From: Octopus vulgaris
Taxonomy: Eukaryota
Reading direction: 5' to 3'
DNA: 64,000 nt
Assembly (NCBI GenBank): GCA_951406725.2
Contig: OX597819.1
Span: 79,484,001-79,548,000 of the forward strand
The position numbers and the translations under genes were made by a program. Shown here one piece after another: positions 1 through 11,841 of this stretch (positions are counted from its first letter, which is position 1; every line of letters starts with the position of its first letter). The notes under the pieces are model-generated. The model ran no database searches, was not told the origin of the DNA, and worked only from the letters and a program-made list of their open reading frames with translations.

Positions 1-205
1 GAATCGACCCTAGAAATTTTCTCATTAAAGTCTGGTATTTATTCTATATTGTTATTAAGCCGAACCGTTAAGTTACGGGGAGGAAAACACAACACCGGTT
101 GTCAAATGTTAGGGTGAGTAACTGACACAAAGACAAACACACATTCACACACACACACACACACGCATACACACACACACGCACGCACACACACACACAC
201 ACACA

Positions 206-286
<81 letters not shown>

Positions 287-435
287 ACACACACACACAC
301 ACACACATAAACGAAGGGCTTCTTTCAGTTTTCCGTCTACGAAATCAACTCACAATGCTTTGGCGGGCCGAGGCTACAGTAGACACCTGCGTAAGGTGCC
401 ACGCAGTAGGACTAAACCTGGTACCATGTCCTTCT
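1..435 (-). mobile_element. tRNA-derived SINE family A (partial), internal (CA)n
   Basis: Reverse complement matches the full copy at 46126-46532 (…ctgcgtggcacctt…, gacggaaactgaaagaagccc, central microsatellite). Confidence 0.75.
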
Positions 436-619
436 TACCACAAACCCATGCCTGGTATGAGAGAGAGAGAGATGGAAAGTGAGAGAGAGGAAAAGAGAGA
501 GAGACAGAGAGAGAGAGACAGAGAGAGAGTCAGAGACAGAGAGTGAGAGAAAGGGAGATAGATACATAGATAGATCGATAGAGAAAGCAAGATAGATAAA
601 CAGATAGATAGATAGATAA

Positions 620-662
<43 letters not shown>

Positions 663-902
663 AGGCGTGCGTATTTGTGTGTATTTGTGTGTGTGTGTAT
701 CAGTGCTTCCTTTCCCCATGATGTTTCGCAGTAGTATCGAGCCGGTGACCTCTTATAAAGCGAACATGCTAACAACTGAACCATGTTTGAGTGTGTTTGT
801 GTGTAAACGTGCAATTGTGTATGAGAGTCCATGTTTAGGTGTAAGCGTGACTGTGAAAGTAATTTCCGATGCACACTTGAGTGTATGCAAGTGTGAGTGC
901 GT

Positions 903-938
<36 letters not shown>

Positions 939-1132
939 ACAAAAAGGGAGGAATTTCGATTATCCCCACGTTGTGGGTTGTAATATATGTAATATATGTA
1001 AGAAATTAAAGAAGGAAAATGCACCAATTACCTCATTTTAGGTTTTGTACTTGACTCATCATTCATAAACTCCACACACAACATGGACGAAAAATTTTTT
1101 CGTAAGAAAATACAGATTTAGATAAATTTTAA

Positions 1133-1165
1133 TGTCATGAATAGCGAAAGCGAAACCTGTCGACA
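1133..1165 (+). ncRNA. Degenerate type I hammerhead ribozyme motif
   Basis: tgtc-ATGAATA-gc gaaa gc-GAAA-cctg-TC-gaca. Stems I and II pair; the core has 2 mismatches to CUGANGA. Confidence 0.5.
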
Positions 1166-1257
1166 AACACAATACAAGATATATTAAAAATTATATTAAA
1201 ACTATGTAAAGTGTGTGCATTTTCCCTCTTTAATCCTTTTAAACACTAGTAAGAATA

Positions 1258-1635
1258 TTGGTTTCATATTTTGAAATTTCGAGGGAGAGGTGTAAGTCGA
1301 TTACATCGACCCCCTGTACTCAACCGGTACTTATTTCATCCACTTCGAAAGGATGAAAGGCAACGTCGACCTCGGCGGAATTTGAATTCAGAACGTTTCT
1401 GCCAGCGCGCAATATAAGTATTCCTTTCTACTAAAGCCACAAGGCTTGAAATTTGTGGTGAGGGGAGTAGTTCATTACATTGACCCCAATGCTGAACTCG
1501 TAATTAATTTATCAACCCTGTAAGGATGAAAAGCAAAGTCGACCTCGGCGGAATTTGAACTTAGATCGTAAAGACTGACGAAATGCCGCTAAATGTTTTA
1601 GCCGGCGTGATAACGATTCTGTCTGTTTATCGCCT
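1258..1635 (-). mobile_element. Two adjacent copies of SINE family B
   Basis: Both contain the reverse complement of ttcaaattccgccgaggtcgac(t/g)ttgc(c/t)tttcatcc, also seen at 37395-37797. Confidence 0.8.
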
Positions 1636-1966
1636 TCTCTAGTAGAAATATTAGCGAGATCGTAAGGATGAAAATAAAGTGGACATGTGCTGGAATTGAA
1701 CTCGGAAACAAAAATAGAAGAGTCCTAAAAACCACACTTGATTCTTCCTTTTTGTCGAACGTTCAAATCATACTGATATCGGTCTGTGATTAGCAGCAAC
1801 TTCTCGTAGAATTTTCAGTCGAACGGGTGGACCACACTACTTATGTCTTAAAAAGCCTCATATTTATTCTATATATCTCTTTTACTGACCCAGTACGTTA
1901 CGAGAACATAAACGCACTAACATCGGTTGCAAAGTGCTGTCGGACAACACTTCGCGCGCGCAAACA

Positions 1967-2337
<371 letters not shown>

Positions 2338-2535
2338 AGGACAGGTTTCTTTCAGCTTCTATCTACCGAATCCACTTTAAAGACTTTAATCGACCCCTCC
2401 CGAAGTTGCCACGCAGTGGGACTGAACGCGGAGCTATGTGTTTAGGAAGCAAACATCTTACCACACAGCCAAAGGTTCCCCCATAGACGCACGTGCACCC
2501 ATATACATGCTTATATACGCATATATAAATATATA

Positions 2536-2575
<40 letters not shown>

Positions 2576-3261
2576 TATATATTTATACATACGTACACAT
2601 ATACTTACATACATAGATACATACATACATATATGCGTAAGTATGTAGATGAATATTTGTGTGTTGTGTCCGACATTGCGGAATAATTAGTGTAATTTAG
2701 ATACAAAGTAGGTAGTGTATGTATGTATGTATGTACGTATTTTTGTATGTATGTATGTGTGAATGCATGTATATGTGAATGCATGTATATTTATATGTGC
2801 GTGTCTGTGAATATGCATGTATGTATATTATTGTATACTTGTATATGTTGGTCTTATATGTGTACGTATGCATGTATGTATGCATGTATGTAATATATAT
2901 ATGAATGTATGTACGTATATATATGTATGTAATGTATGTATGTATGTATATATGTGTGTGCGTATTAAGCTTCTGGAATGTGTTACATATTTTTGCCATT
3001 TTCCATATATGCCTTGTGATTATAATTTCTTAATTAACCATGTCGTTAATCCACAGTCAGGAAAACGAAACCGGGTCGCAGTTTGAATCATAGCTCCCCT
3101 TTGCTTTATTTACCGATGCACATACGTGGAAGACTGTTGTTCTTCTTTTTCTTTTTTTGCTCTGTATACGATTAAATTCGTGCATGTACATGCGTGTATT
3201 TGTAGCGGGGATGTGAACGAGTGCTTGCTTCTGTCCAAATATAAATGAATCTAGAGGATTA

Positions 3262-3305
<44 letters not shown>

Positions 3306-3441
3306 GCCTGTGTGTTTGTATGTACATACATACACACTCAAACAAACAAATATATGCTTCTGTGTGTGCGCGTGTCCCGGTGTGTGTGTGAGTGTGTGTG
3401 CGTTTGCTTGTGAGTGTGTATGTATTAGCGCGCATGTATGC

Positions 3442-3480
<39 letters not shown>

Positions 3481-3869
3481 CATACATATGTGTGTGAGTG
3501 TATTTGAAATCGTTAAAGGGTTTTAGTCGAACGAATGGACCGCACTACCTATTCCCTTTTCAAACCCTATCTTTTTTCTTTTTAACAAAGCGCTAACTTA
3601 CGGGGACGTTAACAAACCAATACCGAATGTCAAACACTGGTCCAAAGAAACACAAATACTATGACATACGCACATAAATAGATGTACACACACACGATCG
3701 CACACACTCACACACACATACACACATATATATGTATGCATATATATATATATGTATCTATGTGTGTATATATATATATATATTTATATATATTTACGTG
3801 TATGTAAATTAAACAAACGGAGTGGACCTAAATACGAGGTATATTGTGTGTGTGTTTGCGCGTGTCTGT

Positions 3870-6060
3870 GTATTTAGGAAAATTTAAGAATTATTTCTTT
3901 TATTTGCTGTGTCTGGTGATTGAACCTACAAATTTGATGAGAGAGGGGAGAGACGTGAATGATTGAGCCTAGTCTGATATCTGGTGCTGAGGCTATTACA
4001 GTAGCGATAGAAAAGATGTAGACAAGAGACAGTACACCTGTAGGCCAGAGGGACGAATGGCCCTTTTCTGGTTGTAGTTTAGTGGGTCTGTGTGCCCAGT
4101 AACAGTAGCAGCAACCTCGGAAATATTTGAGCAATACTTATCTGAGCTTTAAGTATCAATTGCCAGGGGTTGAATCTTCTGAACCTGAAGAAGAACCAAT
4201 CACTGGGATGCGGTCCTAGCGATGTTTAGGATACTTATCACAGAAGGATGTTTTGAGGTTTAGTACGATCCCCCAAACGGATTGCTTTTAAGCAGTCTAA
4301 TATCTCATGACTAGATGTGCGTTACAATGACGTGTTTACATTGGAATGTGTTTTTGAGGCCTTTGTTCCGAAAGTCTGTGCTGATTTGACGTGTATAATG
4401 CTTTGGTGATGAATATTAGTGGGGAATGTATAGTAGTATCACCTCGTAAGAGTGGGTATTGTAGAATGTGGCAGTAAGTCATTGATAATATAGAAAGAAT
4501 AGGGTGTTGGACAAACCGAAACCCAAGGTACGTCCAAGTTGATGGAACGAGAAACAGCTATAGTACTATCGAAGAGACGAGTGGTTAGGGGAGCCCAAAG
4601 TCAGCAAATTTCTATAGGAAATTTATTTGCCAAAAACGATCGAAAGTTTTGTTAATGTCGAGGACGGCAACTTTACTTTCATCAAAACCTTCCAAAGTAA
4701 AAAGTTCACTGAAAGGGATGGAGACCATCAGTGGATCTAGCTTTGCAGAAACTACACTTGTGGTTTTTGAGGACAGACTAATACAAGATTTTGGAGGACA
4801 TTGTTGTTAATGGTTTCTTCATTACCTTAAATATATTAGAGGTGAGTGCATCAGGGTGATAGTTGTTCAAATTAGAGAAGTTACCTTTCTTGAGAGTAGG
4901 ACTCGCTGTAGCGGATTTCCAAATATCAGGGTATATCTCTGAAATGAGGGATAAATTGAAGAGTTCGGTGCGTATATGAGCTAGGTAGAGCTCTCGGAGT
5001 ACGTTTCAGGGTTCGGTGGCCTTGCTGCTTTGAAGTGATCGACGGCATTTTCGTACTTTGTATGTGTGCATGTATGTTGATGGTACTCGCATGATCGATG
5101 AGGATACAAATAAAAGATATTTGTGAAGTGTGTGCTATGTAGAAAACGGGCAACGAAAATAACTCAAGTGTAAATGAATCACTTGAAGGTTTTGTGTTGT
5201 GTGTTGTGTATATAGAGGAACATGAATTGTTTTTGATGGATCGGGATTAACTGGCGGAGATCCAGCCAGTTAGTTGTCCAGAAATTTCATCGGGTGTGGA
5301 GGACGAGTGTCTGGTGTGTGAACTGTGGTTGGATGACGTTGTAGTTGTGCGTTTGGAATGTGTGTAGGAGATGAAACAAGTTGATGAAATGAGCTGGGAA
5401 CTGCAAAACACTTGGCTTCTGTACTAGTGGGCATCAGTGTAGAATAAATGAGAGATATATAAGTCGTTGTGAGTGCTGTAGTCACTGAGGACGATGAATT
5501 CGGAGAGAGGGGGAAGAAAGATATTTGTTATCAATGCAGGTAGAAGTGATACTGGACAGAAGGCGCATAGGTGTTTGGAGAATGGAAAAATTGGTCCAGA
5601 GTTGCTAATGGTAATTATTGCTGATATCAGAGAAAGAAAGAAAGTGAGAGAGAGAGAGAGGAGAGAAGAGAGAGAGAGAGGGGGGAGAGAAGAGAGAGAG
5701 AAAGAGTGAGAGATGAGAGTGCTAGTACAGTTAGAACAGATTATGAAATTTGGACAGCTGAGATGGTTTGGAGATAGAAATTGAGAGATGGTGTCTCAGA
5801 TACGAATAGTATGTGTGGTTTGTTTGTGAATAAGGAATGACGACTGGGATTTAAATTGGAACGAATTTCATAGATATTAGCGAAGAAGAAGGAAAATTGT
5901 CCAGAGGGTTTAGTTCTGGTCTTTGGCATTTTGAGGAGTAGAGGATGGTGTTGCAGGAGATGTAATGGCAACACACCTGCCGGAAACCTGCATCGAATGC
6001 TTTCAAGAGAGTGAAATCCACTAAAGGCGCCCAAGTGTCCTAGCTGAAAGTTCACTGCAT
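3870..6060 (-). mobile_element. Decayed CR1/Jockey-type LINE ORF2 (APE endonuclease + RT remnants)
   Basis: Minus-strand translation gives FFFANIxxIRSNLN…KPHILFVSET (APE N-terminus, ~5800-5900) and a GVPxG…TLFxLYINDLL-like RT motif (~4430-4540). Many stops and frameshifts; (GA)n insertion at ~5630-5715. Confidence 0.65.
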
Positions 6061-6933
6061 GTTTCCTCGTTGGACAATTTAAATGTTTTGTTAACTATTC
6101 ACCTCGTCATTCATACATACCTGTTGTTGCCCTTGCCTTTTTAGTTGCTGGTATTGTATATATAGAGGCTCAGAAAAGCTTATAACTGAAACCAGAAGAT
6201 TATTATATGTGATTTTATATTTCAACGGGAATATTCCAGAAAGACAGTTTGTTTATTTTGTTACTAAATTCACTGTCTTTTCTTTTACGAAAATTCAGGG
6301 GTTGTATGTTAGGATCAATAACAAGAGAAAAATATATCTATAATACCTTTGTTGGCGAATTAAAGGTTTATATTGGCAGAGGAAGATTGCCAGCTGATTC
6401 AGAGATCGAATATGTTCAGACTGTTGAACATGGTAAAAATACAAAACTTTCAGATCAATGGTGTGTTTAACTGCTCTGCTTCGCATAATGATTGATGCAC
6501 ATGTCAAGATATGTACATAATATATCATACATATATTTGTACAGATGTATGTGCAAAAAGATGAAGAGTGGCAAATTTGATACAAGACTTTTAAAAAATT
6601 TCATTCTCGGAACTTTTCTCTTACACTAAGATATCCCACAATACATTTGTAGTACTAATGCTGATACGATATTTGACAGAATTATAGAAGAAATCCATTC
6701 AATAGACATCCAAACCTGCAATATCCAGACAAGAATCAAGAAGTTCCCCAGAAGCTATGATATTGAACGGTTCTATCTTAGAAACACCCTTAAGACAGAC
6801 ATCCTTTTGGCCAAGACAGAAGTGCAGTTTTCGAAATTTTAGAATATTCCCAATATTTAGAAAAGTGGAATTTCTTCATAATTTCTGTAAGTCCGAAAAC
6901 CTGTAACCCGATGTAGCCATTCCATGAGGGATA

Positions 6934-6974
<41 letters not shown>

Positions 6975-7162
6975 CCATGTCTCTTTCCTAAGCCGCTGCC
7001 TACATCACCGACTCATCCCTTAAGGTTTCCGCCTCCACTTCCACCCTGCTCTCCACTCAGATTCTTCCATCTTACCCATACTCCGCACCACATCTTACCG
7101 CCTTATGCGGGCCACCATTCGCTCCAATCTCTCCAAACCGCACGCTACGCTTCATTATCCAT

Positions 7163-9643
7163 TTGAATCAACTCTTCCATCAATTTCTTTCTGATACCAA
7201 ACTTCGTAAACTCCAATCACTCTTCCATTCCACCCTACCCGACGCCACTACCCCAACTCCTCCACCACCCTTCTCCCCTCCCGATAGGCTCCATCCACCC
7301 ACACCTAACCCCACTGCCCCTCCCTACAACCCCTTCTCCCCTCCCGATAGGCTCCATCCACCTACACCTAACCCTACTGCCCCCCCAACCACCCCCACAC
7401 ACCTCCCCAATCCCTCCCCCTCAGACCTCCACGAGACCTACCACCCCTCCTACTTCTATTCCACCCACCCCTTCTCCACTTCCGTCTGTTGTTACCATTC
7501 CCCCCGATCTTCCCCTCTCTACGGCTGAACGCTCCGTCCTTGGTAGGGGTCTGCGTTTCATCCCCCTCACTCCATCCTGTAAGGAATTCCAGACGCGAGT
7601 TGATGTCGACAGCTTTGTGCGCCGTGTCCGGTTGGGTGCGCATTACCACGACTCGCCACCCACACCCAAAGAAGAGGACTGCTTCACTGGCCTGGGCCGC
7701 CGACCATCCCCGTGGACGCCTGCCCCAGGCCAGATCCTAGCAGTGGATCTTTTCGCGGGCGCTTGTCAGCGTGCATTGGAGCGGTTCAACTTCTCCAGGC
7801 GCCAACGCCGCCTCAGCATCTCCCCGGCTGAGCTCTTGGCTCTTCGTTCCCTCCAACGGCGCGCTGACATTATCATCAAACCGGCTGACAAGGGTGGAGC
7901 TGTAGTGGTGTGGCGCGCGGACCTCTATAGGGCCGAGGCTTTCCGCCAACTCAATGACACCTCCTTCTATTCCCCTCTGCCCTCTAACCCCACACGTAGC
8001 TACCAACAGACGGTATCCTCTACTGTCCGCGACCTCATCTCGTCCTCCCGTCTCCCCCGCACCGCATCCAACCTAATTGTGCGAACCCCACGTACCCCCA
8101 CCATTTACTTCCTCCCCAAAACCCACAAACCCAACAACCCTGGCCGCCCCATCGTCTCCGCCTGTAACTGCCCCACGGAGCTCATCTCTAAATACCTCGA
8201 CCGTGTCCTTGCCCCCCTAGTGGCATCTCTTCCCTCCCACATCCACGATACCAACCATGCTCTCCGGCTTTTCAACTCTTTCTCCTTTCCTCCCGGCTCC
8301 TCCAAAATCCTTTTTACTATGGACATCCAAAGCCTCTATACTGTTATCCCTCACCACGAAGGACTGCAGGCCCTTCGACACTTTCTTGACCTCCGCTCTA
8401 ACCCTGTACCTGACACCTCCACACTCATTCGTCTGGCCGAACTTGTCCTTACTCTGAACTGCTTCTCGTTCGCGGGCGAGTTCTACCATCAGGTCTCGGG
8501 AGTGGCCATGGGAACGCGAATGGGCCCCAACTATGCGAACCTGTTCGTTGGCTATGTTGAGGCCCAAATATTCTCTAATTTCACTGGTCCCACTCCTGAA
8601 CTATATGGTCGTTACATTGACGACATTATCGGTGCCACCTCACTCTCCCGTGAACATCTAGATTCCTTCCTCTCTTTCGTCCAATCTTTCCATCCAGCCC
8701 TCCACTTCACTTCCACTATCTCCAACACCTCTGTCTCCTTCCTCGACATTTCGGTTAGCATTCTTCACTCCACTCTTACCACCTCCATTCACTACAAACA
8801 CACAGACTCACACTCATACCTCAACTTCTCTTCCTCCCACCCAGAACACACCAAGCTTTCCATCCCCTATTCCCAATTCCTCCGTCTACTTAGGCTCTGT
8901 AGTGACGACCATGACTTTGAGACTCAGTCTCAACGTATGGCTCACCACTTCACCCTACGTGGATACCCCCTCACCACTATCCACACCAGAGCACGGTCCG
9001 TGGACCGTGTATCTGCTCTCTCTCCCCGAACCCGCCCTGTAGTCTCCCGCCTCCCTTTTCCCCTCACTTACCACCCCACGACCCTACGTCTCCAACGCAC
9101 CATTCTTCAAGCTTTCCGTCATCTCCAGTCCGACCCGTCCACTTCACACCTCTTCCCTAACCGACCCCTCCCCTCTTTCAAACGAGCCCACAACCTTCGA
9201 GACCTTTTGGTCCATAGCTCCTTCCCTGACCCTACCTCCCAACCCGGCTCGTTCCCCTGCTCCCGCCCACGTTGCCGCACTTGCCCTTACCTCTCCAACA
9301 CCACCCGCCTCACTAGCACCCACCATCGACCCTATCCCATCATCCACTCCTTCACCTGCACCTCCAGCAATATTATCTATTGCGTCTCTTGCTCTCTCTG
9401 CAATTCCTTGTAGATCGGACAAACGGGACGCCGCTTGGCTGACCGGTTCGCGGAACACCTTCGTGACATCCACCTTGCGAACGACACACCGGTCTCACGC
9501 CATTTCCGCTCCACCGGTCACTCCTTGCAACACCTATCTGTGTTCGGTTTGTCCTTACACAGAGGCCATCCGGATTCCCGTTTGCGCCGTGAACAGGATT
9601 TAATCTTCTCTCTTCGCTCTTATACGCCATTTGGTCTCAACTC
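7163..9643 (+). pseudogene. PLE reverse transcriptase / GIY-YIG endonuclease, lightly disrupted
   Basis: Motifs LSTAERSVLGRGLRFIP (in frame upstream of 7617), KPADKGG, YFLPKTHK…PGRPIVS, MDIQSLYT, GVAMGTRMGPNYANLF, RYIDD, linker CSRPRCRTC, NIIYCVSCSLC…[TAG]IGQTGRRLADRFAEH…GLN. One probable frameshift near 7380-7480 and an in-frame TAG at 9411-9413. Confidence 0.93.
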
Positions 9644-10509
9644 CCCCCCCCCCATCTCATCTAACCCCCCTCTCCCCCCTCCTCACCTATCCCCCCGACC
9701 CCTACTTCTTCAGTCCTTCATCCTTTCACCCCTACTCCCCTTCCCTTCTTCCCTCTTTCTCCCTCCCTCCTTCCCTCTTCCCCTTCCCTCTGCTCCATCC
9801 TCCCCTTCTCTCTCCCCCTCTCCCTTCCTCCTTCCTCCCCTCCTCCTCTCCTCCGCCCCTCCTCTCCCCCCTCCCCCCTCTTCCCCCTCCCCCCTCTAAT
9901 TCCTCTCCCCTTCTTCCCTCTCTTCTCCCCCTCCCCCTCTTCTCCTCACTACACCACACGACTTTACACATCACATCATATATGATGTGCCATACTAATA
10001 CATACACCAACTAATACATACTAATACGTACTAATACATACTAATACATACTAATACATACACCAACCCTATACATACACACGTCCAGACCCTTCATACG
10101 CACTTATACTCTCTCATACACACACACACACACACTTATACATACTAATACGTACTAATACATACTAATACATACTAATACACACACCAACCCCATACAT
10201 ACGCACGTCCAGACCTATCCTACGCACTAATACTCTCTCATACACACACACACACACACACACACCCTTATACATACTAATACATACTAATACATACATC
10301 AACCCTATACATACACACGTCCAGACCCCTCCTACGCACTAATAGCTGGTCATTCAACCCTATTATCAACCCTATTATCTCCCCTTATTTCGCTCTCGCG
10401 TCTCATGTTTGATCTTTGACCTCTGGCCGAAATCAGATCGCCATGTTGATTCGTTAGTTACTGCACGCATTTTTTTCTCTCCTTCTTTCTGTTTTTTTCT
10501 CTCTGTGTA

Positions 10510-10547
10510 TCTTTCTGTTGAAGAGCGTAGGCTCGAAACGTTAAAGA
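10510..10547 (+). ncRNA. Minimal type I hammerhead variant in PLE terminus
   Basis: tcttt-CTGTTGA-a-gagc gtag gctc-GAAA-cg-TT-aaaga. 5-bp stem I, 4-bp stem II, palindromic ACGT stem III. Confidence 0.75.
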
Positions 10548-10640
10548 CTTGTTTTATTCATATTTCCTGAGCGCCATACTAATACAATTGCTTGTTTGTT
10601 TTCCACCTGCCTTCGTCTTTTGTCTATTTTCATAAAGCTT

Positions 10641-10728
<88 letters not shown>

Positions 10729-10893
10729 ATATATGTATATACATACATACACACACAATATATGCGCCTAGATTCTAATAAATCGTGCAACGAATCAATA
10801 TCTATCTATCTGTATATATATATATTGTCTTGGTTTTATGTTTTCGTTTCTCATCGTATCTACGTTTTTTTTATGTCTTGTACCCATATATGC

Positions 10894-10924
<31 letters not shown>

Positions 10925-11249
10925 GGTATGTACATATATGTATATATGCATATATTTATATATAATTTATATTATATTATATTATATTATATCATATTAT
11001 ATCATATTATATGATGTTATATCATATTATATGATGTTATATTATATTATATCACATTATATGATGTTATAATATATTATATCATATCATATTATATTAT
11101 TTTATATCATATTATATGATGTTATATTATATTATATCATATTATATGATGTTATATTATATTATATCATATTATATCATATCATATCATATATCATATC
11201 ATATCATATCATATTATATCATATCATATCATATCATATCATATGTATG

Positions 11250-11304
<55 letters not shown>

Positions 11305-11675
11305 ACGTCACTAAAGTATCAAAAATAAGAGTCAAAACATCTCAGAGCCACAGGAAGTACCTTATCGTAACGACTGACCAAGGCAAACAAGCACCCTAAG
11401 AATTGCCAGTAATTTCGCATTTAGATTAATGCTCTTCACTGACTCTCACTTACTGCCTTGGGTTAAACTCAACTCTCCTTGTCACTTTATAAGCTTATCG
11501 TATGTGTGTGTATGCGTGCGCGCACATACACACACACAGAGGCGTGGCTGTGTGGCAAGAAGTACCACAATGTTCCGGTTTCAGTCTCACGGCACCTTGG
11601 ACAAATGTACTCTATTATAGTCCATGGCCTACCAAATCCTTGAGAGTGGATTTGGTAGACGGAAAATGAAAGCCC

Positions 11676-11719
<44 letters not shown>

Positions 11720-11724
<5 letters not shown>

Positions 11725-11788
11725 AGAGTTTACGAAAAAAACAAAAGACGAAGACAGGTGCTGTACAAAACAAACATATGTATAAGTA

Positions 11789-11790
<2 letters not shown>
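11720..11790 (-). mobile_element. Short 3'-terminal fragment of the same PLE family, in (TA)n
   Basis: Reverse complement matches ~10580-10643 (cacctgtcttcgtcttttg…ccc). Confidence 0.7.

Positions 11791-11840
<50 letters not shown>

Positions 11841-11841
<1 letters not shown>

Larger units (their letters stand above)
6974..10643 (+). mobile_element. Penelope-like retroelement (Neptune-like), 5'-truncated, flanked by (TA)n on both sides
   Basis: RT + GIY-YIG ORF, pyrimidine-rich 3' region, ~115-bp tandem units at ~10030-10345, terminal segment with an HHR, and abrupt (TA)n boundaries. Confidence 0.92.

Noticed and set aside
6249-6470. ORF containing VYIG, suggestive of GIY-YIG
   Set aside because: No upstream GIY-like motif at proper spacing and no downstream R/H/E/N motifs.
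9411-9413. Programmed readthrough or selenocysteine in the PLE ORF
   Set aside because: The codon is TAG at a conserved Tyr, one substitution from TAC/TAT, and is not TGA. A simple nonsense mutation is more parsimonious.
10010-10345. Regularly spaced repeats resembling a CRISPR array
   Set aside because: These are tandem ~115-bp units with no unique spacers, inside a PLE 3' UTR in eukaryotic DNA, with no cas genes.
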